A stretch of DNA of 64,000 nucleotides from the sequence record NC_041869.1; one strand, 5' to 3'. Numbering within the stretch: position 1 is the first letter of the stretch; every line of letters begins with the position of its first letter. Below, piece by piece: positions 29,484 to 39,199 of the stretch. Source of the stretch: Escherichia phage APECc02. The position numbers and the translations under genes were made by a program. The notes beneath the pieces are model-generated. The model saw nothing but the letters and a program-made list of their open reading frames with translations. It did not search any database and was not told the DNA's origin.

Positions 29484-29942
29484 TTAGAAGTTTGTTTTTA
29501 CACGTCCCTTCTCATCAACCTCGTTGTTAGCTAAAAGCGTTACAAAGTCTGTGAAACGAACATGAAGAACCCTTTTCTTATCAAGGTATCCTAAAGCCAC
29601 CCCTGAGAAATTTAGCATCAAAGGGGCTAAAGAAGCTCTGGCACTGAAATGCTGTTGTTCTACCCTTCCAACACCCTTAGTGTAGGATGGGTTAAGATTG
29701 TAAGTTCTGAATCCCAGTTTTGTTGGAGCTTTAGAATTAAAAACGACTTTATAGCGTTTCTTACTCAACTTATGCTCCAGGATAAGCATTCCCTTATCAC
29801 CTTTGATAAGTTGAAAATCTGTAAAGTGCTCTTTTAAGACGAAAGGTAGTGCCAGTCCCATCGCCTGTCCTCTTTGTACCGCTGTCTCACCAAAAGCTTT
29901 TGCATCAGTAAGTTCTTTGGTCAAGTCTATGCTTTTGATCAT
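29484..29942 (-). CDS. hypothetical protein
   Basis: ORF co-oriented. Confidence 0.45.
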   Translation of the reverse strand: MIKSIDLTKELTDAKAFGETAVQRGQAMGLALPFVLKEHFTDFQLIKGDKGMLILEHKLSKKRYKVVFNSKAPTKLGFRTYNLNPSYTKGVGRVEQQHFSARASLAPLMLNFSGVALGYLDKKRVLHVRFTDFVTLLANNEVDEKGRVKTNF

Positions 29943-30753
29943 ACCTGGTCTCCAAAATGTATTGTAGTTCTTTCTTACCTATACTCTTCATTCCAGCAGT
30001 CTTACCTGCTTCTTCTTGAAAAGAAGAATAGCATTCAGCAAACACTCTGTCAACACCGTTAACTAAAGATTTTATGAAATATGTTGATTCTTCAGATTTT
30101 GGGTCATCATCCCCCAATACTTTTCCAGCATTATACCCAACACGTCTTACACAGAAGTCGTAGTCATCTGGTGTGCTAAAAGAAAATAACTTATTCTCTC
30201 CAATCTCTACAGGATCCCTATTGCACGCCTTTTTCTCCCAAATTTGGAAAACACATGGCACGTCATAAGGTTTGCCATTAAGTAAAAACGAATTCTTAGG
30301 GCACCTTTCGCTGTAGACAAGGTGCATCGACATGTCCAGTTTGTTTGCAAAAAATATTTTTTCAAATGTCCGTGGCAAGATGAAGGCTATAGCCCCTCCA
30401 AGCTCTAGCAATGATGCACAATGGTTAAAGAATTTGCAAGCTAAGGATGAATTCTTGCCAAATGGTGGGTTACCTATGAAGACATCTGCCTTGGGATGCA
30501 CCTCCAAGAAGTTTGCCTGAATGCACGGTGTTGGTCCTTCAAATTCAGGATCTGGTACTAAATCGTACGACAGTATCTCTGAAAATAGTTTTGAAAAAGA
30601 ACCCCTTCCAGCAGAAGGCTCAACGTATGCACAATTCCCATACTTATCTTTTACTTTACCAACAAGATATTCTGCATACTCAGGGTTTGTGTAGTATTTG
30701 TCGTTGGACTCTTTCTTGCTCAAAGTGCCTCCAAAAGGAAAAGGGAGGCGCAA
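29905..30753 (-). CDS. DNA amino-methyltransferase (N6A or N4C)
   Basis: motif I EPSAGRGSF and motif IV FIGNPPFG. Confidence 0.65.
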   Translation of the reverse strand: MRLPFPFGGTLSKKESNDKYYTNPEYAEYLVGKVKDKYGNCAYVEPSAGRGSFSKLFSEILSYDLVPDPEFEGPTPCIQANFLEVHPKADVFIGNPPFGKNSSLACKFFNHCASLLELGGAIAFILPRTFEKIFFANKLDMSMHLVYSERCPKNSFLLNGKPYDVPCVFQIWEKKACNRDPVEIGENKLFSFSTPDDYDFCVRRVGYNAGKVLGDDDPKSEESTYFIKSLVNGVDRVFAECYSSFQEEAGKTAGMKSIGKKELQYILETRYDQKHRLDQRTY

Positions 30754-30760
30754 GCCTCCC
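30725..30760 (-). terminator. hairpin GGGAGGC-GCAA-GCCTCCC with T-rich tail on minus strand
   Basis: inverted repeat plus TTTTCCTTTT. Confidence 0.5.
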
Positions 30761-30768
30761 TATAATTG

Positions 30769-31752
30769 TTAGATTATCTGAATCAGGGTATTTTTCATTT
30801 CTTCTCTGGTTCGGATGTTGTTACGGTCACGAACAACAGATCCACAACCTTCGCAGCGGTATGTTTTAAATGCACTCAGTTGAGTATACGCCAAAGCTTC
30901 TTCCTCGTGAAGGTGTTCTCCACCACAGCGTGGGCAACGAACTTTTGGCTCCTCATCCTGGTAGTACAATGACATGTTGGGGTGCTGCTTAGCAAACGGG
31001 CGAGCCAGCAAATACAGGCCTTCCAGAGATAGGATATCGCCAACATTGTACTCCCGCATCTGTTTAAACGCCTCAAGATCACCGTGAACACACTTGATCC
31101 ACATTTCAAATGTGTGGTCAATCAGTTTCTGTCGGGCAAGTTGGAAGTATTTGCATGCATACTCCAAAGTGTTTGCATTCAAACGGAATGCCTTCTTGAT
31201 CATTTTAAGGGTGTCAACCTCTTTGTAGGGGCTTGTTGGAGGCAATCCGTGAAATGCAAATCGTTGGTTGGCCCACCCACAGTCAAAACCTGAATTGTGG
31301 GCTACTGCGATATCACATTTATCCAGATAATACCACAAATCCTGAATCAATTCGAGATCATTGTGAATATCCTCATCCCACATTTTGTAATCAGGAAGAG
31401 CGCAGTCAACCACACTAGGACTGTCTAACCACTTACCTGCGAAAGTTAGCATGTAGGGCATAATTTCAATACCGCAGGTTTGAATGTTGGTCTTATAGTG
31501 CCCAAAGAACCAGCCGTTTGTTGGAGATGTCTCTGTATCATACACCCAAACTTTAGCACCTTTGTGCTCTTCAAGGAAACGCTCCGTTGCTTCTCCTACA
31601 ATCTCTGACATATTCTCTTGTGCACGTTTAAGCTGTAGTCGGATCCAGCTCTCACGTGACTCACGGCCTAAAAATTCACGAGCAATTTGTCTATTAGTGT
31701 ATCCCTGTTGCTTTAGTGTTAAAATTTGCTCAAGAGTTAACTTTGTCATCAT
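30769..31752 (-). CDS. DnaQ-like 3'-5' exonuclease domain protein with N-terminal HTH-like and C-terminal zinc ribbon
   Basis: VWVYDTETS acidic motif, later H/D residues, CPRCGG...CEGCG. Confidence 0.4.
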   Translation of the reverse strand: MMTKLTLEQILTLKQQGYTNRQIAREFLGRESRESWIRLQLKRAQENMSEIVGEATERFLEEHKGAKVWVYDTETSPTNGWFFGHYKTNIQTCGIEIMPYMLTFAGKWLDSPSVVDCALPDYKMWDEDIHNDLELIQDLWYYLDKCDIAVAHNSGFDCGWANQRFAFHGLPPTSPYKEVDTLKMIKKAFRLNANTLEYACKYFQLARQKLIDHTFEMWIKCVHGDLEAFKQMREYNVGDILSLEGLYLLARPFAKQHPNMSLYYQDEEPKVRCPRCGGEHLHEEEALAYTQLSAFKTYRCEGCGSVVRDRNNIRTREEMKNTLIQII

Positions 31753-31764
31753 CGTTAAGATTCC

Positions 31765-31986
31765 TTAGTAAAACTGAAGAATGTCTTTTAAAGCGAAGTC
31801 ACGATATTCGCCCTTGTCTACATCGAAGGCACGCATCAACCACTGCTCTTCTTTATGATACTCTGTAGAGCCAAACCATAAATTAGGCTCAGTAACGCAG
31901 CGATCTGCAACAACACCTTTCCAGTTACGGTATTTCATCCTGATCAGGACTGAGTCGCAAGGATTGAATACCTTTTTCATCCCCAT
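31765..31986 (-). CDS. hypothetical small protein
   Basis: ORF co-oriented. Confidence 0.4.
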   Translation of the reverse strand: MGMKKVFNPCDSVLIRMKYRNWKGVVADRCVTEPNLWFGSTEYHKEEQWLMRAFDVDKGEYRDFALKDILQFY

Positions 31987-32530
31987 AGAAATCTCTCTCC
32001 TCAGTTTTCTTTATAAACTCCTGCATGTAGGACTCAATAGCCTCATGCTTGGTGCACTCTGGATTAATGACAAGATTGAGATCTGATTCTGCTCGTGCAA
32101 TGATCGTAGCTTTAGAGCATCTCCTCAAGAACTTTGTCATATCATCTCTGTAGTTTTTGTGGAGCGGGAAGTCGCTGTAGTCTTTCTCCAAATAGTCAGC
32201 CATCCGGCGCAACGCCTCTGATAAACTGCAATCTGTATACTCGTTACAGTATTTCATCCAGTATTTAAGCACATACCCCTCAAAGGTATTAGTGCATTGT
32301 GACAAAACACCCCTGCAACGACCAGTCAGATGGTCATGATCCAAACAAGGCTTACGAAGTGGCTCGCACAAGATCGGATCAAGACCATCCTGCTCCTCTG
32401 ACAATTCTTTTCGAAAGTTGGCTATGTCCTTAGAATCTTTTAACCACCCGTTATGAACGGGGGCTTTGACAGCTTTCTTTCTTATTTTACGCTTTGCGAT
32501 AATCCCTCCAGATGCGCCCTGCCTATCCAA
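31925..32530 (-). CDS. recombination endonuclease VII (T4 gp49-like)
   Basis: C-x2-C...LDHDH..G..RG.L..C.N motif and C-terminal similarity to T4 Endo VII. Confidence 0.65.
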   Translation of the reverse strand: MDRQGASGGIIAKRKIRKKAVKAPVHNGWLKDSKDIANFRKELSEEQDGLDPILCEPLRKPCLDHDHLTGRCRGVLSQCTNTFEGYVLKYWMKYCNEYTDCSLSEALRRMADYLEKDYSDFPLHKNYRDDMTKFLRRCSKATIIARAESDLNLVINPECTKHEAIESYMQEFIKKTEERDFYGDEKGIQSLRLSPDQDEIP

Positions 32531-33111
32531 TAAGCATCTGCGAGATCGGCCTTACCTTGTACCAAATTGATCCCATCTAGGAACCCAGGTTCAGATACTT
32601 CGCAGGCCTTAACCATCAACTTTTTATCCATCGTAACAGGTTTCTTCACAGTATGCTCTTTACCTGTCTTTTTGTCAAGCTTTTTCTTCTCCTCGAAAGC
32701 AAGTTCCTCAGGAAGATGACTACGAGCAAACTTTTTGGCAGTTGTTGGTGTCACTGTGTGGACCTTAAACAGGCCGTCATTTTCACAATCGGCTAAGGCA
32801 TCCCAAAGCATAACTTCAAGACCGTAAAACAACCCAGCCAGTTCACGTGTGGCATCCCCGCGTGATCCAAAGGAAAGCCCTTCCATAACTACGGTGTCAA
32901 CGCCGTGCGTGTGGATATAATATCTGACCTGTTTGCAGATCCAGTCAATACGCTCAGCAGCTGTTGCAAAAGAAACCGTCCCTGGTTTCTTCTCTTTTGC
33001 AGATGAGCTTTGAGTTCGTAACACAACCTTATGAACAGGCTTTCCATCGTCCCATACAACGCAAGCTGTGTGCGTCAACGACTGGTCTATGGATAATAGA
33101 CGCTCTCTCAT
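32482..33111 (-). CDS. RuvC-like Holliday junction resolvase
   Basis: LSIDQSL..ACVV, VVMEG, DAYWIGRAH mirror RuvC catalytic D/E/D/H layout. Confidence 0.5.
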   Translation of the reverse strand: MRERLLSIDQSLTHTACVVWDDGKPVHKVVLRTQSSSAKEKKPGTVSFATAAERIDWICKQVRYYIHTHGVDTVVMEGLSFGSRGDATRELAGLFYGLEVMLWDALADCENDGLFKVHTVTPTTAKKFARSHLPEELAFEEKKKLDKKTGKEHTVKKPVTMDKKLMVKACEVSEPGFLDGINLVQGKADLADAYWIGRAHLEGLSQSVK

Positions 33112-33443
33112 GCTTCTTCGTCCTCCTCTCCTTCATCAGGAGCGTAAGCCTTATCTTTGAACAAGACGAGAGAGCAAAGCTTAACATCTGTTTCCACACT
33201 GGTGAACATGCATAACCGCTCGCCCTCAATCAGCTCACAATCCTCTTTTAAAACAGCAGACCATACACGGTCATCTGCGTAATCATCCGTGTACAGGATG
33301 TATGAAATGGTGTCATCTTCATACAACCGCCACATACCTGTGGCAACAACGAATGTATTTTTTGTTTTAAGTGTCCCTGTTGTGTGATCATCCTCAAAAA
33401 CAGCTTCCATAATTGCGTTATCTACAGAATTTTTAGTCATCAA
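33108..33443 (-). CDS. hypothetical protein
   Basis: ORF co-oriented. Confidence 0.45.
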   Translation of the reverse strand: MMTKNSVDNAIMEAVFEDDHTTGTLKTKNTFVVATGMWRLYEDDTISYILYTDDYADDRVWSAVLKEDCELIEGERLCMFTSVETDVKLCSLVLFKDKAYAPDEGEEDEEA

Positions 33444-34579
33444 ATTGCTCCAACATTTCTAAGAACGTTAACAAGTTTTGTTTGATCATTGAATGTTCGC
33501 TTCATATACAAACAGTCAAAAATTATACTCATCCATTGACCTACGGAAATTCTACGATCAATACCATTGAAGTCAGTATACTTAACAACACCTTTCGGGA
33601 ACCACTTCTTGTACTGATCAATAATAGCCATCCACATCTCCTTTGGAGTGCTGCACTGAGACAGTAGGTAGAATGCTGAGGCATCTCCGAACTTACCCTT
33701 ACCGATAAGTCCCTGATACGGCTTGATGTTGTCAGCAGAGTCACCACACAGCATTTGGTATCCGAAGAACAGCATTCCGTAACCACCAACCTCTCCATTA
33801 GGCTTCATGAAGATGTTCCCCATACCGTTATCGATCAGCATAGGGGTTTCCCTTACAAAATCTCCCTTATCGTTTCGCATGGGATCGAACACAAGCCCCG
33901 GTAGTGTTCTTTGGTCCTTATCAATAGAGATAATAAACTTGTTGAACTTACCTGTTTTTTGGTAGTGGTTCCAACCTTCAAATTGCTGGATAGCTAACCA
34001 GTCATCAGCCTCGATACCGTTGATCACTTGAGCATTATACTGCTTTTGGAGATACTGTCTTGCATCTCCAAGCAGCAGTGGTCGAAGAGTATTGTTACGG
34101 TTGGCTTTGTATCTTTCCGGCATTGGAAGATCTAGTCTGAAGTTACCTGTGCCTCCCAACACCCCGACACATCGCTCTTCCGGAATACCAAGATAGTTAA
34201 GAACTGCATTTGCCTTACATTTTATTGTGTGCAAGCAGTTCTCTACAGGGTCAGGTGTTTGGATATCCAAGACATCAAAATCTTCACGTGTCCACGGAAT
34301 AAACTCCTTACCAGACTTTTTACATGCGGCTTCACGGTTGGTATTCTCAGCTTTTAGCCAACCACCAACGGTGTTCTTCTGACGCCCCCAGAACTCTGTT
34401 CGTGTTTTAAACATCTTCTTACGTCCGGAGGCTTTGTGTGTTACCTCAATTGTCCTTTTTTCACAACTTGCTGCAGCTTGATATGCAACCTGATCGAAGT
34501 CATAATAAACTATAGCGTCAGGTTCAAGAAGATCAGCCAGACAATCTATGGACTCAATAAGTGGATATTCTCTACTCAA
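33440..34579 (-). CDS. 5'-3' exonuclease / flap endonuclease (RNase H-like)
   Basis: YKANR and GIEADD motifs typical of FEN/5'-exo family. Confidence 0.6.
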   Translation of the reverse strand: MSREYPLIESIDCLADLLEPDAIVYYDFDQVAYQAAASCEKRTIEVTHKASGRKKMFKTRTEFWGRQKNTVGGWLKAENTNREAACKKSGKEFIPWTREDFDVLDIQTPDPVENCLHTIKCKANAVLNYLGIPEERCVGVLGGTGNFRLDLPMPERYKANRNNTLRPLLLGDARQYLQKQYNAQVINGIEADDWLAIQQFEGWNHYQKTGKFNKFIISIDKDQRTLPGLVFDPMRNDKGDFVRETPMLIDNGMGNIFMKPNGEVGGYGMLFFGYQMLCGDSADNIKPYQGLIGKGKFGDASAFYLLSQCSTPKEMWMAIIDQYKKWFPKGVVKYTDFNGIDRRISVGQWMSIIFDCLYMKRTFNDQTKLVNVLRNVGAI

Positions 34580-34880
34580 AGACCCTCCTGTTAGTTATTC
34601 TGCAAGATGGTTGGATGCTGTAATGGAATGCATCATCACTCTCTGCAATAAGTGACTCAACATCCCAATACTTTTCAAAAAGGAACGGATTAGACCCCCA
34701 GTGGTGGGTTATTTTCATCAAGGAGTCTGGTATCATATAACCACAGATCTTAATTACATCGCCAGGTTGAATTGTGTTTTCATGAAGGTTGCTTGCCTTC
34801 TTCAGAATCATACCTTTATGATTCTCGTTTGCATACAACTGGACAATATCTTTATCTTCAACAATAAAAATTTTAAGCAT
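34572..34880 (-). CDS. hypothetical protein
   Basis: ORF with AGGAGAA RBS downstream of promoter. Confidence 0.5.
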   Translation of the reverse strand: MLKIFIVEDKDIVQLYANENHKGMILKKASNLHENTIQPGDVIKICGYMIPDSLMKITHHWGSNPFLFEKYWDVESLIAESDDAFHYSIQPSCRITNRRVFE

Positions 34881-34914
34881 ACCTAGTTCTCCTAGTTTAT
34901 AGATATCTGACCGA

Positions 34915-34944
34915 TAATATCAGATTAATAACACTTTTGTCAAG
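34915..34944 (-). promoter_or_regulatory. sigma70-type promoter on minus strand (TTGACA-N18-TATTAT)
   Basis: plus-strand ATAATA 34915-34920 and TGTCAA 34939-34944. Confidence 0.5.
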
Positions 34945-35233
34945 ACTTTTTAGTCTTTCTTGGAGAGCTTTTTGTTGATCTTTTCCTTTTGTGGTAGATT
35001 CCAAGTGCAGCGTTTTCTTGGGCGCACGTTTTAACAGTTCTCAGACAAGAGCTTTCAGCTTTAGGCAGGTTTAACTCCCACCAACCAAGCCAGTAAAGTT
35101 CTGATTCAGACAACTGCTCAGATTCAGCCTTCCGATACAAGGCTTGCATACCTCTGATGATATCGTCCAGAGGTGTATCGAATACAAAAGCTGTCTTATC
35201 GAATTTCTCTTTTACAGATCTCTTAGCCATCAA
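34940..35233 (-). CDS. hypothetical protein
   Basis: ORF co-oriented. Confidence 0.45.
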   Translation of the reverse strand: MMAKRSVKEKFDKTAFVFDTPLDDIIRGMQALYRKAESEQLSESELYWLGWWELNLPKAESSCLRTVKTCAQENAALGIYHKRKRSTKSSPRKTKKS

Positions 35234-35687
35234 GGTAACCCTCTATCCACGAAAAGTCAGTCTTCCATTCTGGAACTTTACTAAGCTCGCGCCACTCTGC
35301 AAAGCAGTCTCGGTAATACGCCTCTGCCATACCTCTGGTGATCTTATTCACCTTAGCCAACTGATTAACTGCCTGAGCATACTTTCCACGGATATTTGCT
35401 AATCCAGGATGTACCGATGTGTGACAATCTGGGCACAACGCTATCAGTCCGACAAGCCGGATCACTCCCTCTTCGAAAGTGTAAAGTTCATGACACTCCA
35501 CTGGATGTTTGCTGCCTTTACCGCCGCACACCTCGCAAGTGTAGTTTGCCTCTCTGTAGCACTTCTTACGGATCTTATCCCACTCACTCTTCTTCACAGC
35601 GTTTCGGAGGTTATTATACCAAGCTGTTTCTGGGATCAGTTGCACAATAAGCCTGCGTTCAGACCTCATTAAACGTCCGTCTTCCAC
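35223..35687 (-). CDS. zinc-binding protein, possible HNH-type nuclease
   Basis: CEVCGG..H..ECH...CPDCH cysteine/histidine pattern. Confidence 0.35.
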   Translation of the reverse strand: MEDGRLMRSERRLIVQLIPETAWYNNLRNAVKKSEWDKIRKKCYREANYTCEVCGGKGSKHPVECHELYTFEEGVIRLVGLIALCPDCHTSVHPGLANIRGKYAQAVNQLAKVNKITRGMAEAYYRDCFAEWRELSKVPEWKTDFSWIEGYLDG

Positions 35688-35696
35688 GTATCCCCC

Positions 35697-35918
35697 TTAT
35701 TCAAAGAAATGGGTGCGAGGGCAGGAACCTGCCTCGCCTTGTTTCACAAGCTCGTAGAGCTCACCTTGGCTTGTCTCATAAAGGCAAATACGTTTACCAT
35801 TGTCCCGATACACATCGACAAGATACGCTGTTTCACCTGCAAACACGACACCACAGGCCAGACATGCTGCCATGAACAAAATTGCCAACAGAAAATCTTT
35901 CATGGTTAAACACTCCAT
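35697..35918 (-). CDS. small secreted or membrane protein downstream of endolysin
   Basis: N-terminal hydrophobic MKDFLLAILFMAACLACGVVFAG. Confidence 0.4.
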   Translation of the reverse strand: MECLTMKDFLLAILFMAACLACGVVFAGETAYLVDVYRDNGKRICLYETSQGELYELVKQGEAGSCPRTHFFE

Positions 35919-35966
35919 AACATTTTATGAGGTAACAATACCACGTCCGTGTGGTTATGTCAATGA

Positions 35967-36437
35967 TCAATCCAGGACAATGCCGCCTGCCTTTTTAAAC
36001 ACCTCGATCAACTTCTCGATCTTCTGTTCATGCTGACCATATCCCGCGCCGGGTAACGAAGCCCAGCGGGAACGGCATTTGCGGATAGCTTCGTGGATAC
36101 GCCCTTCGTCAATGTCGGCGAGAGCCTTGCACTCACGGATCAGTTGCAACGCAATCTTGTCCTGACTGGCAGGGCCAAAATCTGGTAATCCTAACTGTTT
36201 CATGTAGTGTTTAGCAAACTTCTCCAAAACCTGGTAACGACCAGCAGCGGAGGAGGTAAGTTTAGCATTTAGCTTAACGTAAACACCTGGATGCTTGCTG
36301 TAATCGCTGAACAGCTTGCCGCCGACTATGACATCGTACCCCCGATCCTTGGTAGGTTGTCTACCATTATCTGTTCCTTCCGAATATGCGATCATATCCA
36401 AGAAAGCTTTTCGTTGAACATTTTTATCAAGTTTCAT
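35967..36437 (-). CDS. endolysin, lambda R-like lytic transglycosylase
   Basis: QRKAFLDMIAYSEGTDNGRQ...GRYQ...WASLPGAGYGQ matches lambda R nearly motif for motif. Confidence 0.9.
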   Translation of the reverse strand: MKLDKNVQRKAFLDMIAYSEGTDNGRQPTKDRGYDVIVGGKLFSDYSKHPGVYVKLNAKLTSSAAGRYQVLEKFAKHYMKQLGLPDFGPASQDKIALQLIRECKALADIDEGRIHEAIRKCRSRWASLPGAGYGQHEQKIEKLIEVFKKAGGIVLD

Positions 36438-36561
36438 TTTTCATACTCTCCAGTTTGCTCATAACTAACCCGATCAACAACACTGCATAGTGTGGTTATG
36501 TAGGTGCCAATTGAAAAACCATCATTCAATTGGCTACCGTTACCTACTAAACCATCCTACA

Positions 36562-37845
36562 TCATTCCAGAACCTCCCAAGTATCTGGGTTAACATTTCG
36601 GACGCAGATACCGACAGGGAATTGGTAGTTGTTGTCTTCTGTCCTTGCTTGATATTTGAAGGTGACAAACTTGCCGATCATTTCCTGCATCCTGTCATAG
36701 CTACGCTCCTCGTGCGTGCCTTTCATCTTCATTTTAACAACAACACCTTCCTTGTCAACACAGATAAGAACACCTTCATCATTCTTATCTTTCTCAACGT
36801 CAATAACTTTCACCTCTGCGTCGTTGAACTTTTTCCATTTCAATGCTTCAGATGTTCGCTGACCATACTCATATTTACCACAGAAGTTACGCATAATGGT
36901 ACCTTCATATCCTTCAGACATAAATATACCAACAGACTCTTCGCACCGATCAACCGTATATGCAAGCTCTGCATCAACAACCTTAATATGATCAAGCATC
37001 AAAGAAGTAATAGCACCGTTTGCCTCCATAAGATCCTTACAGCGACCAGACTCTGTTTCAGGATCCCACCACACCTTATCGCTAGGAATATCGAAAATAT
37101 GATACTCTAAGTCGTAGCTGCAGTACCCTCCGTAACGCAAATCATCACGAACAGGCTCAACATCAACAGGAATGTCCACCTTGTTGAAGTTTTTGTATGT
37201 TGCTAAACCTGCTTTAATCGCAGCCTGACGGCGTTTTTTATCTGCCTTGTAGTCTTTATCGATCTCGGCCTGAATTTCTTCCTGTGTGCGCCACCGTTTA
37301 GCAAGAGACACTATTTTCTGCAGAGGCAGACCATGAATATAGAGCTCTCCGTCGAGCTGTTTAATCCCGGTGGTTAGGTGGAAAGAGCGAAGTTGCTCCA
37401 GAAGCTTTCCTTGAATAGGGTAGGACTTATTACCACGGGAAATAAATTTAGGCTCACCATTCTGGAAAACAACAAGTAGACGAAGGCCATCTAACTTACG
37501 CAAGATCCAGCAAGGTAATTTAAGTGCCTTGCCACGCTTCAGGTAGTCATGCACCAACATGGGTAAAAGATCAACACCTTGCTCACAATCTTCCATACTC
37601 TCCACGTACCCGAGTCGGACCTGTTTTTCCCACTTACTGATCGCTTCCAGCTCGGCCTGTTGCTCAGCTGTAGTTTCATTGGCGCGACCCACGTTCTTAG
37701 GTGTGCAGATCGTCTCTTTGTATTGCAGTTTACCATCAAGCTTGCCAAACTCTACGATAACCTTATCACCATCCGTGAATACTTTCCACTGTTGGTAGCT
37801 GCCATCTTTGTTCAGTGCGTACAGTGTTGTTTTGATTTGATGCAT
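36562..37845 (-). CDS. ATP-dependent DNA ligase
   Basis: adenylation motif I KLDGLR, motif IV-like EGYEGTIM, motif V KWKK. Confidence 0.8.
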   Translation of the reverse strand: MHQIKTTLYALNKDGSYQQWKVFTDGDKVIVEFGKLDGKLQYKETICTPKNVGRANETTAEQQAELEAISKWEKQVRLGYVESMEDCEQGVDLLPMLVHDYLKRGKALKLPCWILRKLDGLRLLVVFQNGEPKFISRGNKSYPIQGKLLEQLRSFHLTTGIKQLDGELYIHGLPLQKIVSLAKRWRTQEEIQAEIDKDYKADKKRRQAAIKAGLATYKNFNKVDIPVDVEPVRDDLRYGGYCSYDLEYHIFDIPSDKVWWDPETESGRCKDLMEANGAITSLMLDHIKVVDAELAYTVDRCEESVGIFMSEGYEGTIMRNFCGKYEYGQRTSEALKWKKFNDAEVKVIDVEKDKNDEGVLICVDKEGVVVKMKMKGTHEERSYDRMQEMIGKFVTFKYQARTEDNNYQFPVGICVRNVNPDTWEVLE

Positions 37846-38114
37846 TACTCGGCCTCTTCCTTAAAAATTTTAAACATCTCTTCTTTACTCATTACCAACC
37901 AGTCCCCCATAAAATCAACAAGCCAATCACCCTGGTACAAGACTAGGTTACCAAACGGCTCTACAAGCTCACACATGCGACGAAGATCTCTGGTCCGAAC
38001 AGGTGACGATGTAAACACACCTGTATCAATCCACCGTTGCAGATCAGATACTGATGAAGAGCTTCCGTCAAACTGGTGTGCTTCTACAGGTTTAGCAAGA
38101 TTAAATAACGGCAT
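37845..38114 (-). CDS. hypothetical protein
   Basis: ORF co-oriented. Confidence 0.45.
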   Translation of the reverse strand: MPLFNLAKPVEAHQFDGSSSSVSDLQRWIDTGVFTSSPVRTRDLRRMCELVEPFGNLVLYQGDWLVDFMGDWLVMSKEEMFKIFKEEAE

Positions 38115-38439
38115 TGCAGTCCTCCTTATCTAATAGATCTTTTATTGGGTAAACAAGCAGGTGTGGATCGTAATAATTTATAGTTTTATTCTGCCACACT
38201 ATGAACTTAATTACAACTAAATTTACCACATCTTTATCTCCATGTAGTCCAACACACAGATTTGTCCATATTTTGTGGTTGAATACTTTGCTGTCGATGT
38301 AGATCTTAGTGTCAAACTTATCCTCTATCCTGCCTATAAGTTTAACCAACTCTTTCATCTGATCCCCAAACACAGCATCGTTTTCAAGATCTCTAGAGTG
38401 CTTGTACATAACTATCTGCCTCACTTGCATACTTTCCAC
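38101..38439 (-). CDS. hypothetical protein
   Basis: ORF co-oriented. Confidence 0.45.
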   Translation of the reverse strand: MESMQVRQIVMYKHSRDLENDAVFGDQMKELVKLIGRIEDKFDTKIYIDSKVFNHKIWTNLCVGLHGDKDVVNLVVIKFIVWQNKTINYYDPHLLVYPIKDLLDKEDCNAVI

Positions 38440-38472
38440 AACAAGTAAAGCCGGGTAATCCCGGCCATGTTG

Positions 38473-39186
38473 TTAAATATACTCTGCTACATCCTTGAAG
38501 CTCGAAGGCTTCATGATCTTACCTTTACTGTCAAGGAATATGATAACTTTATTACCGTTGTAGAATTCTTCCTTAGCAACAAAACCTTCATATCGACCAT
38601 CAAAGCGTCGCTCAAGATCTTTAATCTCCAACTCTATGAGTTGTTCAGCAGGCATATCTGCACTGGCACCGTGTGAATACCGTAGATGGTTGACCCGTGC
38701 AAACTTGCTGTCATTCGATTTGAGAACCTTACGCATCATCCCGCACACATCGCCGCGAAGCTGGAACAGCAAAGCTGTTGACAACTCCGCTAAACGGTAA
38801 GCTGACGCTCTTTGCTTGGATGTGTTTTTCGCAGCGATCAGTGTGTCATAGAACTCACCGATCTTGAACTTAAGACCTTGTGGATTATCAAACAGGTTTG
38901 ACCACTTTTCGTGATTGTCATTAACAAGATAAGCTGCATAACTTGTGACAACGTGAAGATCGCAGGCCTCCTTTAGCAGGTGATCTCCACCATCACCTTT
39001 CTCCAGCTCTTCCAAAACTTCATTGAACTCTTCCTCAATGAAGCTAAGCTGTAATTCGAATGGTGTGTATGATTTTTTCACTTTAGCTGCCACACGGTTC
39101 CAGTTTTCCACCCAGTTGGCAGACCAAAGGTAGTTTTCAGGTTGGGATAGTTTTTCCAGGTTGTCAATTAATTTAGTATTCAGCAT
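38473..39186 (-). CDS. hypothetical protein, possibly MazG-like
   Basis: acidic helix EEEFNEVLEELEKGD; weak. Confidence 0.3.
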   Translation of the reverse strand: MLNTKLIDNLEKLSQPENYLWSANWVENWNRVAAKVKKSYTPFELQLSFIEEEFNEVLEELEKGDGGDHLLKEACDLHVVTSYAAYLVNDNHEKWSNLFDNPQGLKFKIGEFYDTLIAAKNTSKQRASAYRLAELSTALLFQLRGDVCGMMRKVLKSNDSKFARVNHLRYSHGASADMPAEQLIELEIKDLERRFDGRYEGFVAKEEFYNGNKVIIFLDSKGKIMKPSSFKDVAEYI

Positions 39187-39199
39187 TAAAGGTCTCCTT

